Below are positions 1 through 13,887 of a stretch of DNA of 64,000 nucleotides, in pieces. Every line of letters starts with the position of its first letter. The first letter of the stretch is position 1. The notes under the pieces are model-generated. The model saw only the letters and a program-made list of their open reading frames with translations. It ran no database searches and had not been told where the DNA came from. The position numbers and the translations under genes were made by a program. The DNA comes from Laetmonice hystrix (lineage: Eukaryota), in the NCBI GenBank assembly GCA_965235115.1, contig OZ249436.1:40798001-40862000 (forward strand), given 5' to 3'.

Positions 1-103
1 TGGTAAGTCAGACATCGACAGAAGCATGAATGGCTCTACATGATAACCGCAGTCACAAAACATGAGTATTAAACTATTGGCATGAACATTTTTACTGATA
101 TCA

Positions 104-356
104 CAGGGGCGTATCCAGAAATTGGAAGGGGGGGTCCTAAGTTTAGATACTTCAGAGATGGCCTTAGGTCATTCTACTCTGGGAAATTACCCCCCCCCCC
201 CCCCATCAAAATGCAATCTCAGAACGTCTTGTTTGGAAATATGAAGATTCCTTTGATTAAAATAATGCACTTTTTACACTCCGGTTTTACAAAAATGTCC
301 TTAATTTTTTCAAGGGGGGGGGGGGGGGTCGGGAAACCCCCCTGGATACGCCACTG
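104..356. mobile_element. hAT-like non-autonomous MITE (CAGGGGCG termini)
   Basis: TIR CAGGGGCGTATCCAG ... CTGGATACGCCACTG (1 mismatch); flanks TATCA/TATCC suggest a 5-bp TSD. Confidence 0.7.
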
Positions 357-1139
357 TATCCGACTGAATGAGGACCCGTGTATCTTTTCTCAGCGTTTTA
401 ATATCTGTCAAACATGGACCTGTCAAACATGGGAAAGCGTAATATATTATTATGCCAAGGACTGACTTCTTAATCAGCATGCGCGACTGACGTCCAATTC
501 TGGGAGCGACGCCCAATTCAGGCAAGCCGACAAATTTCCTCCGGGGGGTTAGTTTAAGGTGTTTGTGGGTTGGGGTTATTCGGGATTAGCTCGTCGGATG
601 AGATTTGATGTGCCAATCGATCATTGACCGGTGACAGTAAATCATTTTGATGCCGTCACCGACATGGATTACCATCCTATATCATGTAAAATTGGCGTAT
701 TTAGGCAAACATTGCCGTTCTCCTGGGTTTGCGACAACTCCCCCGAGTTTTGTTTCCCTGACCCCTTTGATATTCGCCTTCCTTTATACGCTTGTCGCAC
801 CTTGGTATTTGCCCCGGAGCGACGTTATGAAATATTGGGATTCGCTCTCTGGGTTCACAACCCCGAAATCCGCGCGGTGTTGTCAAGGCAGTCGTTAGTA
901 CTGGAGTGTGAGGTGAGATGATACACCTTGACGTGTGACTGTCACACGTGCATCGTCCCGGTAGGAGCGGCCTGCATGCGCGGCATTGATAACAGATAAC
1001 TCAACCCAACCCCTCAGGAATTTAAGTGGGGGTTGGCTACATTGAGCATCGATAAAAGCAGCTAGCCACAGGTACTCCCCCGGCCCACTGCACATACACA
1101 CACACTCCGGAATAAATGAGGGCTCTGGTTACATATTGA

Positions 1140-1530
1140 TCTCTCCCTGCTTGAAGTTGGCTGTCTCTGCTTGGAGTGGGATGCTCTCTGATTGGAGTGG
1201 GCTATCCTGCATGGATACTACTTGGATTGGGCTGTCTCTGCTTGGAGTGGGTTGTCTCCGCTTGGAGTGTGATATCTCTGCAGTGGGCTGTCTCTACTTG
1301 GAGTGGGATTTCTCGACTTGAAGATGGCTGTCTCTGCTTGGAGTGGGCTGCCTCTGCTTGGAGTGGGATATCCCTGCAGTGGGCTGTCTCTACTTGGAGT
1401 GGGATTTCTCGACTCGGAGTGTATTGTCTCTGCTTGGAGTGGACTGTCTCTGCTTGGGGTGGGCTGTCTCTGCTTGGAGTGGACTGTCTCTGCTTAGAGT
1501 GGACTGTCTCTGCTTGGAGTGGGCTTTCTC
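1140..1530. repeat. Degenerate minisatellite, ~20-bp unit GGCTGTCTCTGCTTGGAGTG
   Basis: Roughly 19 tandem imperfect copies; explains the repetitive ORFs on both strands. Confidence 0.95.
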
Positions 1531-3546
1531 CCCATTGATTGGGATATCCGTGCATGCATGGGGTTGGGGGTGGGGGGGGGGGTGGGGGGTGGGGGGGGGG
1601 TACCGACCTGTTATATGGATCCCCTATAGATAAAAAAGTATGTAGGGGCCTATATATATTTCAGTGCATTGTCCCAGGTTTATCCACGTGAGGCCACTAT
1701 TTTAACGTTTAAATTCAACCCGTTAATACCCTTCAAGGAATTTCTATATCTGGATTAGTGAATCTATGAATATTTTAGACGAAACTGACAATGATTATAA
1801 CATGTTCATTGCTTCGCGCCATTTCTACATTCAGTTGACGTACGCGTTCCCTCATCGTAAAGTCACTGAGACCATAGAGAATACACTGTACATCTTTTAT
1901 TGAAGTAGGCTTTAACAGTCGGTTATTATGAGGCCAATTCACACGGCTCAAAATGCCGAATGCTGCAGCGACGCCATAAAATGAGCAATAAAAGCTCCTT
2001 ATCCTAACCCTATCCCTTACACTAACACCTATTATCGCTCATTTGGTGACATCACGGCCATTCGGCGACTTGTGGAGTAGTTTTGAGCATTTTGATTCTC
2101 GGACAGGATTTACGCAGTGAGAACAGGCGTGGACCTATAATATGATCAATTACGGTCGGCATCACGGGCAAACAATCAGTGGTGTGCTGCAGCTGTCCAC
2201 ACATCGACGACAGTGTTATATTTATCCTCAGATACAGATACTGTCTAATATAATATCATCCTGAAGTTAGCGACTCCCTGTGGTAGCAGAGTTTATCTGA
2301 TAATTTCCACTTTCCAAAAGCCAGCGTATATCGCTGTGGCATTGGAAAGGTAAATGTTGCCCTGTACCCGGTCTCTGTAAGCAAGAAATTAGGGGGAGGG
2401 GAGATTATATATTTATATTTGTCACACATTTTGGCGGTATAAGCGAATGCTGATGGAATGCCATCACTAATGTTTCTCAAAATCATTAATGTTTAGAGAC
2501 ATATACGTTATTGTCACAGCTTGTATCTAAAATGTAATGGATCTAAAATTATCTGAGGACAGAAAATGTAGTAGTTTAAATGACAAATGATCGTAGACTA
2601 CAGTAACTAACAGGCTTGGGAGAAAATGTATTTAATGGGCAACACTGCAACTGTGGCGGTGTCAGGCCTTGGCAATGATTCTATCGTTACGGGATGGGTG
2701 TGGAAATAATAATCCAACAAGAATGCATTAGTATGAAAAGGTTATGAACGTAATGACTTTAACAGGAAGAGTTTTTTTTCAATACATAATTATTTCAGGT
2801 TTGTGTCATTATAGGAACGAGTATCTAAGGACTATACGGCCAGCTGCTGAGACGCCGTTGAAGGAGAGATTTTTTTTCTCCTTTCGAACGACAAGGGATA
2901 GGGGAAATCATTTCTCAACCTTTGACGCACAGTTCGCTGACGTTCAAGATTAGAAGGGGGGTTTACAACAGCTGTATGGCAAGGTTTTTCTTCGAAAAAA
3001 CTGAATCGTCACTGTAGGTTCACCCTATTCGATGTCACCACTGAGCTGCAGTTCGATTGATTCTCTATGCATTGTGCCTGGCGATAAGTGTCCGGTATAC
3101 ACGTCATTACCAGTTTTACCGCTATGTTCCAAACAATATCGATGTAGATTTCGGGACTTACATTTTGCCAGGGGTGAATCCTGTGCGTGGTGCGCTGAGA
3201 ATAGGGTTCTTTTATCTTATTCTATGCACATCTACACGGGACACGGTGTGGGGTGGGGGCGTGTTATTGACGCCTGTCCGTGCCTGAATGCCACCTGCTC
3301 ACACATGTGTATATTCCCAGGCGTTTACGGTTTTGCGAGGACAGTCATTGGCACCAAGGATGTGTGGGTAAAAATAATCCAGCCCTTCCTCCTTTTAACC
3401 CTATTTTTCTTTTCGTTATAGAAACTTTTACCCAATCAAAATCAAAAGTTGTGGAGTTTTTTTGGGGGTAGAATGTTGAAGTATCTTCTGTATCAGGGTT
3501 GAGTGCCTACATATTGAAATATTGACAGTAAAGTGCAGAACGTTAA

Positions 3547-4096
3547 AGGAATCATGTCAATTATTTCATATAGATTTTACAAATTGGCGAAAATACTGCT
3601 TGTATAGAGTCTGGTAATTATGTTCCACAGCACTGCCTACTTGCCTGATTGGATTTCGTGACTATTTTTTTAAAATATTTAAAAACCAGCAAATTTGGAA
3701 TGACGCGCGTCTTTTTCTAGACCTGCAGCCCACCTACGCGATAGAGTTTTAGCCGGGCGACTTTAGACCCTTTTCACAGAACGCGAGACTATAGCCGCAA
3801 TCACGTGATCATCTCACCCCTTGCAACGCTATGTCTGCAGGTCAGACATTCCCGATGGCGAAAGGCAGCGTTGTTTTTGAGTGTTCCCGACAAGAAATGT
3901 GGAATGTGAAGGTGACAGTGCATTTCGCTGCTGTCTCTTTACAATACAGAATGTATATTAAATCTAGGAAGTACCCTCGGGACAGAAGGTGCATAGATTT
4001 TGACGAGGTAAGCGTAAAACCAGGCCGAACTGGCTTCCCGGAACGCTCAACCAGGGTGCCATGCCCGGAACGCTCAACCAGGGTGCCATGATTCCT
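3547..4096. mobile_element. Kolobok-like non-autonomous DNA transposon
   Basis: TTAA|AGGAATCATG ... CATGATTCCT|TTAA (TTAA TSD, AG..CT termini); inverted, internally deleted copy at 43029-43431. Confidence 0.8.
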
Positions 4097-4130
4097 TTAA
4101 CACTGCAGAACCAAATTAACATCAGTGTAG

Positions 4131-4690
4131 TACGGTGGCATAGTAGGACCAAATCAATAAACTCACCGAGACAAGTTTACATTAGGATAACACAAACATT
4201 TCTTAAAACGACATTTAAAAAGCACGCACATAACTTCAAACTGCAACGGTAAACCAGATTCCAAAACGACATTCAGAAACCACATCCAGAAACCGGAAGT
4301 AGGTGGCAGCACCCTGTTTACTGACTTGACCTATGGCTTTTTTTTATCAGTTCTGGCATCAAATTAACCATACCGACCCCAACCGCAGGAATCGGGGGTT
4401 TGATGGGTCAGGTTGGCAACCTGTGACCGAGAATAACCACTTAAATAAAGCAGCTGGCCTTATAGGGCTCTCAACAGAATATCAGACACTAGGCATCCAT
4501 GTACGCATTGTGCGTCGACGTCCGCATAAAAAATGGCAACAGGGGTGTTTTACATGCCACCATCCATGTAAGGGTGCCACTGGATGTTGTTTCTGAATGT
4601 CGTTTCGCAATGTGGTTTGCAGTTGCGGGTTGAAGCTATGTGTGTGTTTCGAAATGTTGTTTTGAGTTGGCCCTATACTATGCCACCGTA
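4131..4690. mobile_element. MITE with long imperfect TIRs (TACGGTGGCATAGTA termini, possibly Academ-type)
   Basis: TACGGTGGCATAGTA ... TACTATGCCACCGTA; subterminal ~150-190 bp are also inverted-complementary; flanks GTAG/GTAT. Confidence 0.7.
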
Positions 4691-6329
4691 GTATTGTCAT
4701 TATAATAGAAAGAGTAACTTTTTCGATTCGTACAATCTTAAATATACAAATTGCAAATACTCGCTAAGGCACAACCAACATCCGAAATGTTCCGTCATGA
4801 ATTTGTAAGTCTTGGACCTACTGCTGATTGCCTGGCAACGAACGCCCCGAATGTGAGGCACCAATAATGAGGCCAATTCGCTAATTGCCTTTGAGCCTTT
4901 CGATAGCTTTTGGGGCGTTTTCTTTCTCCACCTAATTGGGACCCCCTGCGTCAGTCACCCGCTCAGTGCCACATCCGGGCCACGGAGTCCTGATGAATGG
5001 AATCATAAGGTGACACGCTGATACCAGGGACTTAACACTTCAGATACATTTTCCAAACAGCTTGCAGAATACAGAATAATTATTCATTCCACAAGGATTA
5101 TCTCCCCCCCCCCATTTGTTTCGAACAAGTATAAAGTCATGGCGGCGTTTTTATTCCCTAATACTCCCAGTGTTCTGGTTGTGATCAGTTCCGTTATGGA
5201 TCTCGACTCATTTATTTGGACAAGACTGGGAGAGAACCGAGCAAAGGCTGGTCTATTTATAGCTTTACAACGGTAATCTTTAAACCTCTATGTCGGCGTC
5301 GAGGGAAATTAAACGCATTTATTACACTTGCTTTCAACGCAAGTTGGTAACACACTGCATGGCACTCTTTGGATGTAATTACAGTGTTCGGATAAAGTTA
5401 AAATATTTCTCTAACGTTGCGAAACAAAAGGATTAATTATGGTCGGCCCCTCAAATGTCTGCATGTCTGCCGAGAAAAGGGTGAAAATTACCTCCGCCTG
5501 CACGGACAGCTGTGCTAACCGAGACGGCATGATTTTTTTCAACATGGACAAAGTTTGCACATGATGTTATTGGCAGTCAGCCTTTCCTGCCTTTCCTTTC
5601 CGTCATGTCGAAATGTCGGACACCGCACCGCTTTCCCGGGACACTACTCCCACATTGTGGAAACTCATCGACGTTTATCTATACTTGATAAAGGGCCTAG
5701 AATTCCTTTGCCATTAAACCAATGCTAATTCTAACGTTTTAACGTAACGTAAATATTTTACTTAAAGATTACAGCACTGAACAGATAGCAACCAGCGTCA
5801 GTTTAAGGGGTGTTAATCGACTTTTTTCCAGGTCTTTATTTCCTTTTAGAAAAGTAAATCGGCATTTGTTAATCCGTTCAACATTTTTCGCAAATGTTCC
5901 TTTTAAATGTAAGCAATCTTTTACACAGAACCGTCAGACTGCTTCCATCCCCCAGAAAAACGCCAAATTAGCGGTTTAATGGAATCTCGCGAGTCCATTC
6001 CACGTCAACGACACATCTCGAAATGACACAAAAAGATATTGTCCATGGACACGCAACATTTTGTGATGTTCGGATTCGTCGGCAGGGTGCATGGTGATAG
6101 CTCTCCACAAGGATGAGAGGATACATGGCAGATTAACGATATTGTTAAGTCAGAATAGCTCAATCTTTAATCTATTTTACTTTGAAAACAATGGGGTCTT
6201 TTAGCACCATTCCATTACCGAGTGTCCTTGCATGGTGTTCCTTCGTGACACAACCAAATCGGACGAGTTCCATTTCCAAATATTGAATTAGCTTATTTAG
6301 TGTTTTACTCAACAGTAAAGAAGGGTGAT

Positions 6330-6880
6330 TGGTAGTAGGCGATTTTTCCTACGATGGTTCGTGCGATGCGATGGTGCATCGTAGGAAAAGTCATGCGACA
6401 CATCGTGGCACGACATACTTACGATACACCCACGACGGGTGATTCCACTGGCTGCGATGCGACGGCGATCATGACCAAAAACCATCGTGCGATGCAGACC
6501 TGTACGATGGCTGATTCCACTGATACGATTTATCTGCGATGCTGGTACGATGGTCGTACGATGCTCTTCACACGCAGAAAAATGACCCCCAAAAAACCGA
6601 TACCCAAGAGCCCTCTAGCGGAAATTTATTTCAGCAATATTGAGACCCACACTGATTTCAGTGAGCACCGTCGCAGAGGCTCTGCGATTATATTCAGTTG
6701 ATTGAATAATGTCGTAGCAGCATCGCAACATCTTGCGACGTCGTAGAACTTCTGCGGTGATCGTACAATTTCTGACTCCACTAATGCGATTTTTTTTGCG
6801 TTGTGGCGAAAATCGTAGGATCGTCGTACGACCCTATATCGCAGTTAAAATCGGCTTAGTGTGTACGCCTACCAGGCATA
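6330..6880. mobile_element. PIF/Harbinger-type non-autonomous element (CGAT/ATCG-rich)
   Basis: Ends resemble the GCCTGGTACACACTAAGGCGATTT TIR family; the 3' ~150 bp recur at 7729-7872. Confidence 0.65.
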
Positions 6881-6961
6881 AGTAATTCTTTAAATTAACC
6901 TCATCCATAATAACGCAATACGCAATGTGACGCCATTTTCTTTTTATTCTTTATGATGCAG

Positions 6962-7313
6962 ATTCTGGGGAGTTATATACCCACTTAAACAGAAACTCAC
7001 CAAGACCCGTGCCAAATTCGTGCTCAGCGTCATATGGGTGTCGGCGATGGCATTGGCTTCCGCCCAGTTCTTCGTCACCCGATCCACACAGCAGACGTAC
7101 GACGGCAAGAAGTTCTGGGATTGTGATGAGAAGTGGCAGTCAGAGGAAGCACGTCATTCGTACACATTAGCTCTTGTCTCGCTGACCTACTTCATACCCT
7201 TGGTCGTCCTCTGCTTCACATACTACAAAGTGGGAACGAGGCTGTGGGTCAGAAACGCACCCGGAAATGCACACCACTCACGGGATCAGATTCTGCTAAG
7301 GTCCAAAAGAAAG
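6962..7313 (+). CDS. Neuropeptide GPCR (tachykinin/luqin-RYamide/leucokinin/GPR83-like), internal exon from DR(F) motif through TM5/ICL3; upstream exons not found in window
   Basis: Acceptor polyY-GCAG; (R)FWGVIYPLKQ...IWVSAMALASAQF...CDEKW...YFIPLVVLCFTYYKVGTRLWVRNAPGNAHHSRDQILLRSKRK; donor AAG|GTAATT. Confidence 0.92.
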
Positions 7314-7728
7314 GTAATTGGAGAAAAGTTATCGAATCCAGTTGGGACTGGATTCGCATTCAAACTTTAATAATAAACTATATTAAGGTCTATACTATAC
7401 TTTTTGCGCCAAAATTGCCAGTAAGCATGCAGAACACTCGGCCCACCGTCGACTGACTTCGTCATGTCTCGGCTGTACGACGTAGGTCGCCATGTTGGGG
7501 GGGGGGTGGCTAGGTCGGGATCAGTGGCCCGGATGTAGACAACAACAAACTCGCGCAGTGCCGCCGGGCAGACAATGGAGAATTCCCCACTTAGCCTGTG
7601 TCGGACGTTACAGGGTTAGAAGCTCACAGGTGAAGAAGAGGCTGTTTTGCCTCCACGGTATAGAAAGTTCGCGAAGGATATGTTGAGAAATTAGCACAGA
7701 AATCAGAAGCAGCGTCGGAACACCGAAT

Positions 7729-7872
7729 CAGCATCGCAACATTCTGCGACGTCGTAAAACTTCTGAGATGATCCTACGATCTCTGACTCCACTAATGCGA
7801 TTTTTTGCGTCGTGGCGACAATCGTACGACCCTAAATCGCAGCAAAAATCGCCTTAGTGTGTACCAGGCATA
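7729..7872. mobile_element. Harbinger-type MITE end, direct copy of 6718-6880
   Basis: High identity to 6718-6880; ends ATCGCCTTAGTGTGTACCAGGC. Confidence 0.7.
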
Positions 7873-9321
7873 CTCTGTAAAGTCCGACACAGGCTTAGTG
7901 GGGGGGGGGGGGGTGTATCCATTTTCTGCACGGCGGTAATTTCTGCATTTGGCAACTATTGGCTGGCGATCTTCAGGACAATATTCTAGAGTGTCCATGT
8001 AATTTGTTTGTTTTGGGGTTTTTTTTTTGTAAGTTGGTTTCGATGATACAACTAATCCATGTTAGATAAGGAGTATGGAAGCCACTTTTGTAGAAAACGT
8101 TTATTTGACATTCGCCCTCTGTCTTTATCGAGATATCCTCCCACAATCTGACGTAGACTTAGGGAGGCAATGGTTTCAGGGGAGTCCACTATGGATTGAA
8201 AGAACGAGTAGGTTATATACCCTGGGGCTTGGGATTTGACGCCAACTCTTGCAATGCAAAGTAAAATCTACTTGAAGTAGATGCCACCTTGGTAATCCTG
8301 TTGCTGTCACAAAGACATTTTGCAAAAAGGATGATTTCATCTTGCCTTTGTCCCTGTGGAGCGTCGTACTAAATGTATTAACCAAAATAAGATTCTTTCA
8401 TGAATCTATGCAGTGTTGGCACGTGGCACCTTCAATCATCCACAATAGGTTGGTAGATCTTCCTCGTTAATATCGGCATGAAGTCTAGGAGTAAGAACTG
8501 AACATAATATTGCTGGCCCAACCGCTAACACGGAACCTTGGTCACAAGACCACCCCCCCCCCCCCCCCCCCACTCCAAAGAAAATCATTTTCGTATCGCT
8601 GGGAATGTTAGCGTGGGGGAATATCGATTAAGATCATATATCTATGATGTGGAGACTGCATGGTGGCCGCTGGGACACGGGGACCATTGGGACATTTTGG
8701 TAATACGTCAAGTCTGACAGAAAACTACATATCTTTCATCTTAGACACTCCCATAAACTGCCTTTCACGCAAGCCCGACCATTTCTTCTGAAAATGAATG
8801 AATACTATTTTTGTTCAAAAGTAGTTTCATTAATTTTCTTGGCATCAACTTGTGAGAGATCCGAGAGATCCACGCCGGTGTAGGTGAGAGAAGAAAGGCA
8901 GTGCATCCGCCGTCTTTTTAACAAGAGATGCATTCCTCTGCGTTTGAGGGTCGGTTAAATCTGGCCGAGTGTTCAAGTCCCTCGTAGTAAGATTTGGTTC
9001 TCCCACGTGCATTTGTTAAAGCATCTACCAAGATTGGATGTTATTTTTGTTAAGACGTACAACCATCCTGAATTAAAGTACATGTTGATCGGGCATGTAT
9101 GTGGGATATGTCTTAATTACAGTCCAAAATGTTCATATTTACATGCGGACTATAATCACGTCAACTGTTTTCTGAGCGAACCTTAATCTCCTCCCTCCAT
9201 ACGTCATCTGACCTCATCAGTGAATCAGTATTAACTATAACGACTACAATTATATTTTATTATATTTTATACAATTATATTTTAAACGAAATGCCGTTTC
9301 CAGTCTTTATTTGTATTCTAG

Positions 9322-9543
9322 GTCATCAAGATGGTAATTACTCTAGTCGTTGTCTTCGCTGTCTGCTGGCTACCGCTTCACTTGTTCATGCTGCTGTTGG
9401 ATTTCGCCCCCCATTTGGCTATCCTCAACTCGCCTACCGATGAGCATATATTCTTCGGCGTCTACTATAGCTGCCACTGGCTTGCGATGGGCAACAGTTT
9501 CGTCAACCCTATCATCTACAGTTTTCTCAACGAAAGTTTCAGG
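9322..9543 (+). CDS. Neuropeptide GPCR exon TM6-TM7
   Basis: TTCTAG|GTC; VIKMVITLVVVFAVCWLPLH...YYSCHWLAMGNSFVNPIIYSFLNESFR (CWxP and NPxxY motifs); donor AGG|GTGAGA; phase 0 matches the previous exon. Confidence 0.95.
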
Positions 9544-11743
9544 GTGAGATTTCGTGTTCTGTTATACCGTAGCATGATAACCGTTGTCTTGGTGCCCCAA
9601 AATTCTTCCCTTGGGGTTTTGAGCTGATCGAACAACGCCAACGGATCCATCGTGTTTCAACAGGTACGACTGCTAGTGTATTTCTGTCCCCAGAAGGGCG
9701 GATTCCTTGGCTCTGGCAAATCACACTAATCTTTCATATATTTGCATTTTTTGAAAAAACCGTTACCACGTGGGACTTAGTAGTCGAATACGTAAAAGGA
9801 CATTTTTTTCTCAACAATGGATCACAGCACTCAGCTCGACACTTCACTCGTACCAGCGGGGATTCTGTCAAGTCTACAATTTTGAACCGTACATCGTACT
9901 GTGAGCACTGCACTTTTAATGCCCATTTTGAAATAATAACCCATTTTGTAATAAGTGCCCATTTTAAAATGGGTCCTTATTACAAAATGGGCCTTAACAC
10001 TGCAAAACACTGCTGTATACTACTCCGTATAAAATTCTACTCCTTATACTTGATACTCCCATTATTTGTCACTTTCAAACATGCAGTTCCTCCTACGACT
10101 TTTATTTGAATGTAACAGCAATGATTGCGCGGGTTTAGAGACTCGTTTACCTTCTATTGAATGCGGTTAAATGCGATTATCCTGCCATGGTCTCACCGGC
10201 GAGCCGATAACACTCGCACCCTAAGGAGAGATTATCGGGGAGAGGGGACGATTTATCAGCGAACACGGGCCCTGGTCTAATCGGCACTAAGCAGGACGTG
10301 TTCTATTCGGTGTACTCTGAAGACAGTGTTAGCTCCTTGCTGCCTCTCAGGGTAAATCCGCTAGTGAATATTTTAAAACAGCCTCTTGCATATTACGTCG
10401 TTGCCTGATTGTTGCACATATTGCTTCGTTCAGTTTTGCAAGCGTCCACACGAGCCCACTTGACGACGTGAAATTCAAAGTAGCCAACGGATCGGTTATA
10501 AAATATCTAAAATTGACCAAAGTCGGTGGTAAGGGACAGAATTCAAAGGTTCTTCTATATTAGCCTAACGCTCACACCACGTGTTCCAAATACTAGCATC
10601 TAAATGTACATTCCCCATTTTAATGGATTTCTGTTATGATATGTCGATCTTCACCTTCTGCAGAAAGATATTGATACAGTGGCATGGGTGTCTCCTACAT
10701 CACCGTGTTTGTAAGAAAGGAGGGTTATATACGAGCCACGCCAGGCATCCTACGGTTCCATTTGTGTCCACTGCGGACTGATAAAATACACGTCACATTG
10801 GTCCGTCCATTTAGGTGTGCAATTGGCCGTCTTCCTGGTCTTCTTTATGAACCGAGGCAGATGTAATGAATAGAAAAGCAAGATGTTCAGTACGGCTTAC
10901 CTACCTACCACCAATTTATAGCAAGATTAGAATAGCGCGACTTCAATGGCAGTGTCATGATTAATAACGAGGTGCTACCAAGGATGCTAACGAGATGTCG
11001 AAGTTTTCCTTCCCAAAAGGCCATCAGTTGATATTACTCTCTCGTATTATGAAGACCACATCAACTAAAAGGCACTTAGAGACAAAAATTCTGACTACAA
11101 AACTCGTTATCGCTCATCGGAAAAGATGGGTACACACAAGAGTAATCTTGTGTAACGTGAAATCAAGCACAAACTGAAGAATCGTTCACGTCACGCCATA
11201 CGGCACAAAACGTCATCTGTGTGTCAGGCCGGCTGCCAATATCTTCTGCTCCTTCTTCTGAGACATCTGTCGTTTCATCTGAAAGTAGGTAAAAACAACT
11301 TCAGAGGGCTCCACTAACAATGAACTGATCCCGCACTCTCTGATTGAGTGAGCGAGTCTTGGTAGTTGTACATCGTGCTGGAAACTGAGGCCATCTTTAC
11401 AGCAGAAACATTGTGAAACTGTAGTTAAAAGTGAATAAGGCACCTATTCCCTTCCGCGGGTCCTCATGGGCCCAGAGTGATTCCAGATACACCTACGCCA
11501 ACTATAAGATAAAAAAGGATTCGGAGACCAAATGTCATAATAATTAAAAGCTCTCATGCAGTGCTTATCACTCAGACCAAACCAAATGTACGTGACGAAG
11601 TTTATGTAAGATACCACTCGGGCAGATCCTAAAGACAGCCAGTCAATGAATATTTTAAACATCATCGTTCAGAGCGTCTCTTTACACAACGGCGACGTGA
11701 AGCTACCTGTTCGCTTTTCCTATCAATCTCCATCCTCGAGAAC

Positions 11744-12382
11744 CTACTGTAAACACTGAGTCTGTCTTCTGATACCTGGTGACTGTGGTACAACTCATGG
11801 ACATCTCAGGCTGGTTGACGGGGGTTAATGGGCTACTGTAAACACTGCGTCCGTCAGGTGACTGTGGTACAACTCATGGACATCTCAGGCTGGTTGACGG
11901 GGGTTAATGGGCTACTGTAAACACTGCGTCCGTCAGGTGACTGTGGTACAACCCATGGACATCTCAGGCTGGTTGACGGGGGTTAATGGGCTGCTGTAAA
12001 CACTGAGTCCGTCTTCTGATACCTGGTGACTGTGGTACAACTCATGGACATCTCAGGCTGGTTGACGGGGGTTAATGGGCTACTGTAAACACTGCGCCCG
12101 TCAGGTGACTGTGGTACAACCCATGGACATCTAAGGCTGGTTGACGGGGGTTAATGGGCTACTGTAAACACTGCGTCCGTCCGGTGACTGTGGTACAACC
12201 CATGGACATCTCAGGCTGGTTGACCGGGGTCAATAGGCTACTGTAAACACTGCGTCCGTCAGGTGACTGTGGTACAACCCATGGACATCTCAGGCTGGTT
12301 GACCGGGGTCAATAGGCTACTGTAAACACTGAGTCCGTCAGGTGACTGTGGTACAAGCCATAGGCATCTCAGGCTGGTTGAT
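11744..12382. repeat. Minisatellite, 79-bp unit (89-bp variant), 8 copies, inside a GPCR intron
   Basis: Unit CTACTGTAAACACTGCGTCCGTCAGGTGACTGTGGTACAAC...GGGGGTTAATGGG starts at 11744, 11833, 11912, 11991, 12080, 12159, 12238, 12317. Confidence 0.97.
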
Positions 12383-12998
12383 GGGGCCGTAATTCCTGGG
12401 GGGGGGGGCTTAAGCCCCCTTCCCAATAATTTCAGTGGTGCCTAATAATTAGCCTACTTTACTATAGGGAGAACCTTAGACTTTGTTCGTCTTGCCCCCT
12501 CAATAATTCAATGGACATTATCTTGCCCCTCAATAATTTGATGGTCATGATTACGGGCCTGTCTATCTCGGAGCCGGGATTCCGTGGGCGAGAGAACCGA
12601 CTGAAGTCTTTCCGCCTACTCGTGGCACAAGTCCGGCGTAGTAAGTCAGGAGAACCAATTATTGCATGTTCTCGCGTTCTATGTGGGCCAGACCTCCGTT
12701 ATCGACAACTCGCTTGCGCCTGCTTCAATGTAGAATTCAACATCAAAGCTTATTGAAGTCCTAAAATAGAAATAGGCTACATCACGTGGATATAGTTGAA
12801 AGTGTCTTTGTATTTCTTCTGTTTCAGCAAAAGGAAATGGGGTCATTTTTGAGCCCTGCCTACGTACGGTGTTAAAAGCCCGACTAAATTTGTAATTAAC
12901 ACAATTTATTATACTGAGCGTAACATGGCATGATGCCAAAATAAGTTTAAAAAGTAGAAGAATTAGGCTAAAGTGAAGGTAAACTGGCAAAAAATGGG

Positions 12999-13132
12999 AA
13001 AATCGTCATTCTTAAAAACGCATGTGTAGGGTGTTTTCCATTGAAAATCATCATTCTTAAAACACATATGTAGGGTGTTTTCCATTGAAAATCATCATTC
13101 TTAAAACACATGTGTAGGGTGTTTTCCATTGA
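12999..13132. repeat. Tandem repeat, ~44-bp unit x3
   Basis: AAATCATCATTCTTAAAACACATGTGTAGGGTGTTTTCCATTGA repeated. Confidence 0.9.
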
Positions 13133-13887
13133 ATTGAAAAGGACGATCGTCTTCTACCTGGTTGGGGGGGGGGGGGGTAATAATTCACAGGAAAACAATA
13201 TTGTACCTAATTTAGCGTATAACATGAATATCTTATCTGTGATATGTTGGCAAACAAACAAATGGCCATATAAGAGGTAGAAGTAATTTTCTGCACATCA
13301 TCATGTTTAACCTTTCTTCCTTCCTATTAAACGCCCAAAATGCGATTATGCGTCGTTTTGACTATTATTTAGAATCTAAAAAGGCTCTTAATTCTAAATT
13401 TTCTAGCCCAACAGTTCGAAGTATTAAGGTTTACCTTTCTTTCCTTTCTTTCTTTTTTTTCTTTCCTTCTTTTCATTGATAAGGAAGACTGTATAACATT
13501 CAGCTATGAACCTATTGTACTGATGCCCCTTGATGTTCTTACAATGCTTGCTGCTGCAGGGCTATAAGCAGCTCGACTTTAAGTCGGTGATCAATGATGT
13601 ATTAACCCTTGTTCTTCTTGCTAGCATCTGCACGAAGTGTCACTTAAATGTCCATTCTTGTATCGCCGGAGAGGAATTTAGTTAATTAATAATAATAATA
13701 ATAAAAATAGCATTTCAATACAGAATAGCTGTACTTTTTTTACATATCATTAACGGAGGGGAGAGTAGGGGTTCCTGCATTGACTCCGGCGCTGTCGTTA
13801 TGTCTGTCACATTGAGTAAGCGCCGTACATGAGTTGCTGTGGTACTAACAGAATCAGATTATAACCGCTGCCATTGACCACCCTCAG

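Noticed and set aside
1136..1633. Overlapping ORFs on both strands
   Set aside because: Artefacts of the 20-bp minisatellite
1..6960. Upstream GPCR exons (TM1-TM3)
   Set aside because: No convincing GN/LAxxD-containing exon found; probably outside the window
8030..8950. Possible old hAT transposase fragments on the minus strand
   Set aside because: Motifs are too degenerate and appear in inconsistent order
11744..12382. CRISPR-like array or ribozyme repeat
   Set aside because: No unique spacers, no cas genes, eukaryotic context, and no CUGANGA/GAAA core
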